DNA of 64,000 bases from Bugula neritina. Lineage: Eukaryota > Animalia > Bryozoa. A program made the translations under genes and the position numbers. The DNA lies in NCBI GenBank assembly GCA_964035545.1, contig OZ037766.1, forward strand, positions 8,670,722 to 8,734,721. The letters are read 5' to 3'. Below, piece after piece: positions 13,501 through 24,300 of this stretch; position 1 is the first letter of the stretch; each line of letters begins with the position of its first letter. The notes beneath the pieces were generated by a model. That model did not search any database. It saw only the letters and a program-made list of their open reading frames with translations, and was not told the origin of the DNA.

Positions 13501-15666
13501 AGAGCGTGGCTCAACTGGTTTCAAAGGAGATAAGGGCTCAGCTGGTTCCAATGGCGCACAGGGTGCAACTGGACTTACTGGAAACAAAGGTGCTAATTTT
13601 AACTGTTAACTTTGAAAACACTCTTATGTTATGTGTCAACTAAGAATAAGCATATGCCGAGGTGCTTCACACTATATAATTTGATGTTTTAATTCGTTAG
13701 ATATACTGACAACTGTTGATTGATATTTTCAGGTAGCAGAGGTGATCAAGGTCTACAGGGCTTTACTGGTGCCACCGGACAGCAAGGTTCTAAAGGAGAC
13801 GTCGGAGCTCAAGGACAGAAAGGAGAGACTGGTATTATGGGAGTCCGAGGTCTCAAAGGTGATAAAGGAGATGGATTTGTTGCTACGGATTTCTGTACTC
13901 CTAATCCATGTGCTGATAACCCTCAAACTTTCTGCAGGCCATATTACAACCGATTTGAATGCTACTGTAAGAGTGGCTACAAACTTGATACAACTACAAA
14001 CAGAAGTAAGTAGCATCCCACCATGCCATCACTTATACTCTATATTACATTGCTACTAGTCAAACCATTTCTTTTTGTCAACAATCGTTTAGCAAATCTT
14101 TGAGCCACAAATGTTTGCAAAAATTTTTGACACCAACTATGTTACCTAATTCTCACAATAGTTTAAAGTCTCTACTGAGAGCCAAGGCTAAAGATTGTGC
14201 TGCTTATCTTGCTGGCAACATGGTTTGGGGACTTCTACTGAGGCACAAGATCAATTATGATTAGATGCTTTTCACTAATGGCGTGGATTTGAACCACTAG
14301 ACCATGCTTGTTCCATATCTATGCTTCTTAATTATTTAGTTAAAATGTAAACCAATATTTTTATAAGAATATTTTTTCATAAGTGTACATTTTGTAATTA
14401 TTATATTAAGATATTATTTTTAATTTTCATAGAGCGCAAATACGTATATCATTGACAAAAACATTAAAGATGTGTTTATTATAAATGAAACATATATTTG
14501 CAGCTTGCATAGATATAGATGAGTGTGATATTGAAGACGGCAACCCGTATCCATGTGATCAATTCTGTTTCAACAGAGACGGTTACTTTGAGTGCGGCTG
14601 TGCAGATGGCTTCATCCTCGACTCTATAAACAACGCTGTGTGTAACGGTAAGTTATCATAAAGTACTCCTTGTTGTTTATACCAAGTTGATATATTCATT
14701 GTTACTCAAATTGATATATTATCTCTTGTATCTTACAGATGAAAATGAGTGTCTAGAAAGCCCTAGCCCATGCACCGGTGCTCAAGTCTGTCTCAACATC
14801 CGTGGCTCATACCTTTGCCTAGATCCTACAGCTAATGCTGGTTTACTGGAGGCTGATGCACCTTTGCTTGAACAACAATCGCAATACAGTAAGCTCACCT
14901 ATAAAGTCGTACTATAATAATTGAAAGTTTTCACACTGAGCATGTTCGGGTGAGCTGATTGATAAAGTTATTTTTGTAAAGGTGTAGTTTGGAAGACCAT
15001 AGACTAAGTCTTAGCAAATAGATGTGCTTCTCTTATTACTTGGCAGTAGAAATCATGGATTTTATTGTATACTTTCAGGTTGTAACAAAGTGTAGTGGTG
15101 TGTTGAAATTTTGTTTTCTGTACTCTAGTGCTGATATATATTTAGATTATCTATATACTTCTATGATAAGTGATATGGGATACAAGGCACACTAAATAAT
15201 ATGAAATTGCATAAGAAACACAGAACATAACTTTCTATCAACATGTAGCAACTCTGTAAAAAGTCGTTGCTGATTCTTTATGTGAAATTACTTATTAAAT
15301 TGTTCAGTAAATGGAATAAAAGCCATTCAGCTTTCCGAGTGTGATGTCACGCATGAGCCTGTGTAGTTTATGATTTTACTATTTTTAGATGGAACCAAGA
15401 TAGCACCAGAAAAATGGTTGATCAACAATTCAGAAGAGTTGGCATTATTCATTTCCATGGCTGTAGTAATACTAATCCTTATAATAGCCATTATAGTAAT
15501 AGTGACTGTTGTACGGCGAATTAAAGGACAGGTAAAAAAATTGGGTGATGATGAGCGATCACTGCCTCGAGTAAGCATCAGGGGGTTTGGTGAACTAGGC
15601 CATGACGGTAGTGTCAATCCTGCATATAATACAGACGAACTTTATAGTGGTGAGGCCCATGCCTAA
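1557..15666 (+). CDS. Type I transmembrane collagen-EGF protein, ~1373 aa, 25 coding exons: 1557-1623, 3396-3464, 3587-3748, 5347-5463, 5595-5720, 5974-6153, 6506-6577, 6885-7019, 7132-7311, 7515-7640, 7935-8087, 8211-8435, 8523-8756, 8981-9187, 9926-10150, 10944-11105, 11829-12062, 12239-12444, 12766-12856, 12972-13115, 13428-13589, 13733-14005, 14504-14647, 14739-14888, 15389-15666
   Basis: Exon 1 reads [22 protein letters not shown] then a GTAAGT donor, and joins [12 protein letters not shown] (signal peptide). The purely collagenous exons (3587-13589) are GT-AG bounded and are multiples of 9 nt, except one 206+91 pair split by a phase-0 intron. Next come an EGF (CTPNPC...C...CYCKSGY...C), a cbEGF (DIDEC...[12 protein letters not shown]), a 4-Cys half cbEGF (DENEC...[10 protein letters not shown]), a TM helix ([29 protein letters not shown]) and a tail with NPAY. 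Exon lengths sum to 4122 nt in frame. AATAAA at 15729. Confidence 0.9.
3900..4900 (+). mobile_element. Highly degraded retroelement remnant, Penelope-like RT C-terminal region, in collagen intron 3
   Basis: A-rich intronic stretch. Broken translations such as [11 protein letters not shown] (~4340) and [10 protein letters not shown] (~4411) recall the VYRKPT.TG.YLN and NGYP..I motifs. Many stops; boundaries approximate. Confidence 0.3.
11109..11509. mobile_element. MITE with ~60-bp degenerate terminal inverted repeats
   Basis: ctcaaacaattttttgttataaattttgtttgcacatgcggtgaatt (~11118-11164) is an imperfect reverse complement of aattcagcacatgtacacacaaaattaattcaaaaacaaaattgtttgag (~11450-11499). 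Another copy of that end lies at ~2016-2064. Confidence 0.6.
11572..11788 (+). mobile_element. tRNA-derived SINE with a 10-bp target-site duplication
   Basis: A box TGGTGTAGGGG and B box GGTTCGAGCCC in a tRNA-like head, then a non-tRNA body and a T-rich end. ATTAGTGAAG is repeated at 11562-11571 and 11789-11798. Confidence 0.8.
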
Positions 15667-17100
15667 AACTCATCATTTTATTCAATAGTCTACAACACCG
15701 CCCATTAAAATGACTATAGAATATGTTCAATAAAGTTATTTTGTAGAATAATGCATTATGCAGCGGTTGAAAATTTTGTATATGAGCGTAGATGGATTAT
15801 TGAAAAGTTTTATTAATTTTCGAGAACTTAGATGGTAGCCCTACACAATAGACCAACACTGTATGCTATATTTTTTCATTAAATTTTTGTAACATTTAAT
15901 TTTTTCAACTAAGGCCATAATATTTTTCATTGGTTGCCTATTTCTTTTTGTTCGGATCACAATTTCTATTTCTCGGTTAGTAAATATTTCCATGTTTAAC
16001 AATAGTTCTAAATATTATGATATTATTCATTTCTTAGATTATTAATTAATATATTGTTATGTCTCAATGACTTAAAAATCATACCCAGTGTTATTTGATT
16101 ACTAAGAAATGATGGGAATAATAATTATAAGGTTGCGTAGCCAGTATTCTCCTGTTACATAATGAATTGATTGATTGGTTTGACTGCTCATAGCAGTTTG
16201 GTGTTTTCTCTTATGTTGTATAGCAATGTATGTATATCACTACATTCAATGTGATTGTTTATCAGGCATACAACTTGAGAGAACTATATTCCACACAAGA
16301 CAATAGTAAACTGATTTATAACAAAATGTACGGCTGTCTTCGGGGTAATCACAAATATTGGACAATGAAAACAAACACACTGCCATAATAAAATAAAAGC
16401 TGTCCTGATTGGTCAAAGTCAAATTAGGTTAACCCTTGCTTATTGCAATCTACCTTACTCAACAGCCATTTTCTGACCTATATTTTCCCTTTTGTATGGT
16501 TGCTATATTTACAACATATACACTTGTAAAAGTGCAATTTATGATACATAGCTAAATGGCTCATATGCCTAGTGGGCTATGAGTCCCAGATGGTTTTTAG
16601 AAAGTTTGCTAAAGCTACATTGACATTTCATATTTTGTCATTAACATTTTCCCTCTTAGCATTAATGGTGTGTTTTGTTACTACCTTGGATGTCCTGTTG
16701 ACACAAATGATGTAGTTGGGATTGACTTTCAATGTGCAACACGAATCTGATTTTAAAATAGTAATCAGTTTTTGTAAGTGTAGGTGAAATAATTCATCAA
16801 ATTTAGGTAAATGACGGTTTTAACAAAGAAGTTTCTTGCCTATTTGAAAACCTGTTTTAACAAAGTTGCATATATATTAAAAAGTGTTGATATTAAAATA
16901 TGCAAGAAAGATAAACCCCCAGGCTACATTTAAATATAAATAAAAGTGGTAAATAAATTAGTTTGAGAAAACCTATATGTAATTAATAAGGGGAAACAAC
17001 TGCCAATTGGTTCAAGAAAGGAAACAGTACACAAAAGATTGGGAACTTCTACTCTTTGTTCCATGGAATCTCACAAGAAGCATTCTGGGCCTCACATATG

Positions 17101-17195
17101 GTGTGCCAAATGGTCAAAAATTCGCCTGTTATTGTGTCTCATATGCCTATAATAAAGTATCTAGCCATTATTCTTTCTCATATGCTCACACTTGT
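17101..17195. mobile_element. Solo end of the MITE family seen at 41700-42187
   Basis: gtgccaaatggtcaaaaattcg...tatctagccattattctttctcatatgctca matches the reverse complement of ~42090-42187. Confidence 0.6.
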
Positions 17196-17644
17196 AATGT
17201 TGTGCCCTTAGATTATATTTAAACTTTGGAATCCAATTAGTATATATAGACTTTATTGTTTATAAGATTGTATGGTTCTGTCAAAATAAAGCTTTGATGC
17301 ACAAAGAATATTGCATATTATAACTTAATATTAAATATTTGATTATCACACTATAATATTATTGTTTATACAAATATAATTTGACAGAAAACATTGTACA
17401 ATATCTAATAATTATTGCCATATAAATTATAATAATATACTTTGCAGATTAAATTAACCTTAGTAATTGAAAATTAGTTGAACTGTTAGAGTTTAAATTT
17501 GCTAAAACAAAAGAGAGTTGTACTGTTTTCAGAAAAAAAAGGAATTGCTTTAATTGTATCTAGAGCAGGAAAGTAGTGTTATAATTTAAAGAATTATCAG
17601 ATTTAAAAAAACAAACTGCTAAATAGAAGACATGTATATCGTTA

Positions 17645-20094
17645 CTAGCAGCTGAAGAAAACAAAATCGGCTGAGTCTGGTAAAAAATTGACGTACAGCA
17701 CATTGTTATATATGCTCAATACTGTGGATAAAATAATATATAATCTTTTCTCAAGTCCTATAAAGCTGTGTTATTCTAAAAATAATGCAACATGGTGCTC
17801 ATGCTTAATAAATTGATCAACAAATAATATAGGCTATATAGTGAAAATGAACAACATGAAGCAATTATCTAAAAGTCAATTGCATTGATTTTTTACATTG
17901 GTCAGTCATTAACAATGACCATTTTATTATTTTCCCTAATCTAAAACATAAAACATAAAAGCAATAAACAATTTGATGAACAACAATTAATAACAGTAAA
18001 AAAATCACTGTAAGTGTGATTAGTATGTGTTTTTATTCAGTCATACTATATTTAGTCCTGTAAAACATCAGAAATATTCTAAAGCTTCATTAGAATAACA
18101 CATTACTGCATAATAGGTTTAGAATTTACTTCATTTTAAAGATACCTACAAGTCTACGAACCAACTTCGAGTGCGCTTTCTTGTTGCCTCTGATGAGATT
18201 TAAAGCTAAGCCTACATCTCCTTCACTTTTGAATTTCTTTTTCATTGAATTGTGCAAAGGAGCTTCGTCATGCTTTGTAGCTGAAAGTTAAAAGTCTGAC
18301 GAATATTTTATATAGAATATTAGTAAACTTGATAATTGCAAAATGCATTTTATTTAAATGTTAATTTTAATTAAATCATTATATATAACTTGTGTAATGT
18401 AGTTTGATTAATATTTTGCTAAATATTCAAACATCAATGCATGCTGTTGGTTGCAGAGTATGTTATGCAATGTTAAAACAAGTTCAACTAATTATTGAGT
18501 ATACGTTGAATAGTTGATTAATTGATATTGTTTGTGAGCTAAGAAAAAATAACTATATAATAAATTATCAAGTTTGAATATTCCTATTAGGTCATATGTC
18601 ATAGCAGCAATCATCATCATCAAAGCTTTACATAAAACAATTGTATATTGAAAGAGACCTATACTTATTTATGTTACTTCATCACAATCAAAGCAGCTCA
18701 CCATGTATGTATCAAGTTATAAGTTTTTGCATCACAGTCATTAATGATACCAATATGTGGATATTAGACATTATTAACTGTTAAAATTAAAACTGCATTA
18801 TAATAGTTATTACAATGATTACATTTTATTTCTATCTATTATGAACATGTATATCATTATTATATTATATATAGATATGCAAATTGTAGTTCAGTGTTCA
18901 TTATACATTTGCTGCATGTATGGATATTGCTGGTTTAATGAAGCTTTCAAGTTCATATAGGTAATTTATTTTTGTGTGCAGTTTATAATGCCTACATATA
19001 TATAATATTAGGCTTAATGATCAACATACCATAAAGGCTTCGAGTAGATGCTTGGTGCTTAAGCTGATGCTTTGACTGAAACTCATAATTTCTTGGTTTC
19101 TTTGTGTGATTAGGGAAACTTGATCTTTGATGAACTGATGCTTTTTTATAATGACCAACATCTAAATTAATAATGGTATAAGTTAAAAAAGTATAACTGT
19201 TTAATGTAACATATTTGTTTGAAATAGCATAAAACAGGTGTTGACCTGTTTAAAACTGCTCTAACACATAAAAGAAGTGGTACTATATAGGTCATCAATA
19301 AAATAGTCAAATATATAGAATTTTTGCTTATACATTACCTAGATTATTGGAAACAAAAGATGTTTTCGGACGAATAAATCTGCCTTGGTCCATAGTTGAG
19401 TAGTGACTTGTTAAGGATGTTGCATCTTGTTTTTCAAACATATTTTTGCCAAATATAACATGGAGCCTTTGCTTTGCTTTTTCAGCCCTCAAATAAGCTT
19501 CTCCAATCAAACCTTCAAGTCATAGTAGTGTACACAGGTTCTTAATATTTACCCACGTGCCCTCTACATACGTTAACTTTGTACTAATTAATTTACTATC
19601 ATAGATTGTGTCATCAATTTTTTGTTTTGTACCAGTCATGAGGAAGTAATTATATTTTTAATAGATTCTCGGATGCCAAGTTTTGCAGTTTAACTAATCG
19701 CAGGGTACTAATAAAAAAATTTCTCTGCAATTTTTAAAGCTTTGCTTTTGTGGAAAAAACAAAGTAAGTTTAAAAACTTTTACTTCTGCCAGAAATAAAA
19801 TGGAAGACCTCCAGCTTGCAAGATAGTGCGCTAACTGTAAAATAATTTTGCTTCCACTGGGATTCAAACATGAGACCTCCGACTTGCAAGCAGGTGCGCT
19901 ACCATTACACCACAGGGACTGCAGGGTAAACTCATCACTACACTAAGAATTACACAATAAAGGCTACTGGAAAACCTCAACACTACAGTAAGAAAAGCAA
20001 AGTTCACAATGTTATAATATTATGCTAAAATATTACCTGAATTAGAAGGAAATGCTGTGGCGTTCAGTGTGTACTTGTTTGAATCCTTAGACAT
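17645..20094 (-). CDS. Uncharacterised basic protein, ~203 aa; exons 20094-20037, 19512-19339, 19161-19030, 18280-18146, 17757-17645 (last exon and start codon less certain)
   Basis: Three consecutive internal exons (174, 132, 135 nt) have AG/GT borders, are all phase 1 and join into a stop-free frame: MSKDSNKYTLNATAFPSNSG-LIGEAYLRAEKAKQRLH...-DVGHYKKASVHQR...-ATKHDEAPLHNSMKKKFK...RRLVG. No domain recognised. Confidence 0.65.
19849..19919 (-). mobile_element. tRNA(Ala, TGC)-like SINE head or tRNA pseudogene, with a partial tandem copy at ~19804-19835
   Basis: Minus strand reads GTCCCTGTGGTGTAATGGTAGCGCACCTGCTTGCAAGTCGGAGGTCTCATGTTTGAATCCCAGTGGAAGC. A and B boxes and a CTTGCAA loop are present, but the acceptor and T stems do not pair. 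Confidence 0.6.
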
Positions 20095-21059
20095 CTTTCT
20101 CCACTAAAAGTTATGGTTGTGCTATTGATACAGCTCAAGTTCTACTAGTTGCTAGCTGTATGTCTGTAGATGCTGTAATGTATAACACCTGTATCTACCT
20201 CATGATGTACATATTGCCTAAGGCTAAAATGCCTACTGAAGAAGTAATCACTAGCTGATCTCCTTAGGGAATTACTTTCTACTATTTAGTTTTACTGTCA
20301 TACATATTAATATATCTTAGCTTTATGCTTGCACTCTCCTTATTATATATAACACCTACAACAAATAAAATGTCACAAATAGCTTGCAGCATATTTTGTA
20401 ATTATAAGTCTTTTTGCTGATCAGTTTTGCAAATGTTATAAAACAAGCACATTTTCATTCATTTTATTCTTTTAATGAAAATTATAGAATATTATTAAGG
20501 AGGGGTTTTCAAAAGTTCAAAGCTTTTATATTGTTATACAATTGTTTATGCAAATAAAATTATAGACTACAACAAAAAATATAAAACATGTCTAACATGA
20601 AGCATTGGTAAGCCTAAACGTTTACATTTTTTAAACCTCTTTTGGTATTCTGGAGATAAGTTATTAATAATTTATCACATCACATATAATTTTGATTCTA
20701 AAACATTGTATATTATATATAGCGTTTTATTGCAACTACAATAAGCCCCTAACAGTTAGGGCCTAACTACTGTGATATTTTAAAAAACAAAATTCATAGA
20801 CGCATGCTATTTATAATTATATGTAAAAGGCAAATTGCCATTAATGTTAAAGCCTATGTAGTTTTAACTATAGTTATTTAAATTTTATGAAATTACTTAA
20901 TAGTAAATTAACCGCCCATCGGCCATCACCTACAAATGCATGTGAAATGGCTCCCACTTTTTCTTAACACATAGTACTATGAGGGTTTGAAGCTTGTTGG
21001 AGTTGTTTACACAGCCTATTCTACATCTTTTATGATTTTACTCTTTGTAAAAACCTAAT

Positions 21060-21400
21060 GATATTTTATTATCGAGTATGCAAACTATATATTTTATCGA
21101 TGATAAATGTCGATTCAATCATGCGTAACTATTCGTGTAAATCGATTTTATTATTGCACATATTTATTACTACCGGAGTTGTACAACCATTGTGATTGTA
21201 TATCAGGAACATAGCTCATGACGTCAGATAGCACAATGGCAGCTCCCAGTCCAGGGAAGTTAGCAGTTATTGTGAATTAAAATACAAATTAATTAGAGCC
21301 ATTGTGATTGTAACGGTTGCGCATCACGGATCAATCTCGTTCGCACGCATTGGAAACTGGAAAGTCGTTTAGTAATGTCACATAAGCGCCCTAACAGTAA
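21060..21400. promoter_or_regulatory. Candidate promoter between the divergent orphan (-) and chimaerin (+) genes
   Basis: Locally CpG-rich in a CpG-poor background. Full CRE palindrome TGACGTCA at 21219-21226, and CCATTGTGATTGTA repeated at ~21187 and ~21299. No TSS evidence. Confidence 0.4.
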
Positions 21401-22417
21401 CTATCTAAATTAAAGTGTGATCATGGTCATAATTTAAATTATAAGAATAAATATGATATTAAATTTAATACTTATACTATAGTATAACTATAAGTATAAG
21501 TATACTGTATAACTATAAGATTAAGTATAACTACAACTTAGAGTTAGTATAACTCTAACTGTATAAGTATAACTATAACTATAAGGATTACACCAGATGT
21601 TAAACTTAAAGTTGAAGTTCAACTTGATGTTAATTTTAATACAATTATTATAATTATAAATATAATCATAATGATAATCATAATGTAATAATAGTATTAA
21701 CTTTAACTTTAAGTATAGCATAATGATATAGAATTAATATAAATTTAAATTATAAGTTAAAGCTATAATTTCTCATTTTTATTTCAAGTTGAACTTCATT
21801 ATTGTTATATAAATTATTATATTAAATTTAATATTGCAGTAAAATTAAAATTCATCTGTTCCGAGTCTCAGTCTGGTAGTGATATCTCAAGCTGACTCAC
21901 AGTCACTCTCAGTGATAAGTTTTGACTTGGAATAAAGCTTTCAACTAGTACTACTCATACTATCATCTATGTCTACTGATATTGATAATTTGATTTCCTG
22001 TTTGATGATTGCCATCGTGATTGTGTAACACTAACAGTAACACTAACTGTAGGGCTCATGTAGTTGTACTTGTACTTTTAGTTGCACTGTTAAGCTTATT
22101 TACTAATACTAATAGTACTACTATTAGTATTATTATCAATAGTAATACTAATAGTATTACTATAACTAATAGTAATAGTATCAGTATTACATTTACAGTA
22201 TAATGGATTTAATAATGAAATTTTTATACTTATAGTTAATGTTATAGTAAATGTAATACTAATACAGAATACTAGTAGTAGTGGTAATGCGTATCATACT
22301 CATAGTATTACTCAAAAATAATGATAGTCTTAATAATTTATTAATTGATATCATAATGATATTTTTATTTATATCAATTGATATTTATTTAATTTTGTTA
22401 TCAATATATTTTAGATA

Positions 22418-22760
22418 TCTTGTCTTGTCTTGTCTTGATTTAGTTCCAAGACCCCAAATAGGGGAAAGGTGGAACTATCGGATGTTCAGGTCTTTTTTTA
22501 TTAGTCTGCTAGTGTTTCTCCCGTGCGTAGTTCACGGGCTGTTCTAATGAGGAAGCTATGCAGGAAATTATTAGTATTACAGGATATTGAATTAAAAGAG
22601 TTACTGTCCCCAGTATTGGTATTACGGAGAGATTTCATGGAGTTAAGAGTGTTAATTAGGTTAGGGAAGAATGCTTCATGCTGCAACACTTTGAAGAATA
22701 GCGTGAATCTGTGTTCTTGTCTGGATTTGTTTAAAGCCTTTAAGTTTAACTCCGCCTTGG
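22418..22760 (-). mobile_element. 5'-truncated LINE (CR1/L2-like) 3' end
   Basis: Minus frame LNLKALNKSRQEHRFTLFFKVL...CNTNNFLHSFLIRTAREL* resembles the ORF2 C-terminus (RR..RL.LFFK...F..SF..RT.R). It is followed by a short UTR and a (CAAGA)n tail. Confidence 0.65.
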
Positions 22761-23709
22761 ATTATTATATAAATATAATAATAACCATTAGACTAGTAAA
22801 TTAGACTTAGAGTTGTTATTACTATTAGCCTACTGAATCTCTAAAATTTAAGTCTATTATTAATATTTATAGTAGTAATAAACTGAATGAATTACTAAAT
22901 AAAATTGCCTATAACTCAGTACTGTGATAGGCAGTTAGTAATTTATAGAATTTTGTCATTTACAAATAACTATTATCTATACTGATAGTTACAGACTTGG
23001 ACAACTACTAATTGTTTTGTAATAACAGTTACAACAAAAAACACTGCTCAACTTAATATCTTAGTAAAATCATCCTGGGGCTGCCAGTGGTCTTATTACC
23101 AGCCCACTGGCACTGTGGAGCATTGACATTTATAATAATAGGATATGATATATGCTAAACCATTTAAAATGACTGGCGTGTGTTCAGCTATCATGCTAAA
23201 TAACCACAGTTTAGTACTATTCCTAGCTATTGGCTATATAGCCCGAAAATGCTATGGTAATTTACTTTTTTATTTATAACATTGCAGTAATGTAATATTT
23301 AGCTAAAACATTGTACATGAACTCTCAAGGTATTTATTTCATTTTTCCGCTATATTATCTGCTTTCATAAAAATTTATGCAGTTTGCTGTAAATTAGATT
23401 TAAATAGAATAAATTTTGTGTGTTTTGGTTTATATTTTATGCCACTGTCACTTAATTTTTGTACTTAATGTTATTTCTGTTGCTTTAGGTTTCAAAGTTG
23501 ATATTCTAAGGTTCACATCCTATGATTCATATTATAATTGTTCTGAAAACTATTCAAATTTGATAGATCCGCAAATATAAGAAAAACCAACTTGTGCACC
23601 TTTTCAAATTGAACAGTGTTTAGCATAGTAGTGTTGTACTGCAGATAGTCAGTAACTCTACACTAATAGTAATATTACTAATAGTAATACTTAATGCTAA
23701 TAGTATTAC

Positions 23710-23780
23710 TAGATATAATTGCTCTCAATAGTTAATGATGGAATGGCAATTAATTGTCCATACAATTGAAATGAAAAATA
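23710..23780. repeat. Dispersed ~70-bp repeat, second copy at ~32484-32553
   Basis: gatataattgctctcaatagtt(a/g)...ttaattgtcca(t/c)acaattgaa occurs at both sites. Confidence 0.7.
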
Positions 23781-24300
23781 GGAAATAGTGCTATCAGGCG
23801 TACTAATGTTAGACTTAGTAGTTGAAGTCAGGATATTGCAGTAGTGAACTTTTTGGTGAAAAAAGTTTCAAATTTTGAAAATAATTTATGTAGTTGAAGC
23901 TCAATGTTAAGATTTGTTGTACCTATTCTCCAAAAAATGAAAGTTTTGCTCAAATGTTTAATTTTATACTCATGGTTACACTTGACACTTAAGAATATCA
24001 ATAGTTATCATGTTGGTAATGGATTTCATGTTTTAAAGTCAATATATGCATTGTGATGGTGATGCTGACATTCATTCTCAGTCATGTAATCGACGTCAAA
24101 AAGAGACAAAAGTGGTATTGATAAGCTGATGGTGTCATACTTTTAGCAATTCTTCTTGTAATTTCAGTGTTGAAGCCGGATGAAACTCGACCTTTGACCA
24201 GAAATTGCAATATTAACTTCCACCAGTTGTCAACTGTTTTTAGCTTAGCAATAATTACTAATTTGCAAGGAATAAAGAGCTATTGATCAACAAATTGATA

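Noticed and set aside
3503-13643. Leu/Val/Gln-rich ORFs in the track (e.g. 3503-3757, 5980-6180, 8888-9241, 13299-13643) and antisense ORFs
   Set aside because: They are shifted-frame or reverse readings of the Gly-X-Y exons.
1557-15666. Calling the gene a fibrillar collagen, CCBE1 or a MACIT
   Set aside because: There is no COLFI domain, the domain order is reversed relative to CCBE1, and the TM helix is C-terminal rather than N-terminal.
19849-19919. tRNA-Ala(TGC) gene
   Set aside because: Acceptor and T stems are mismatched and a partial tandem copy sits beside it.
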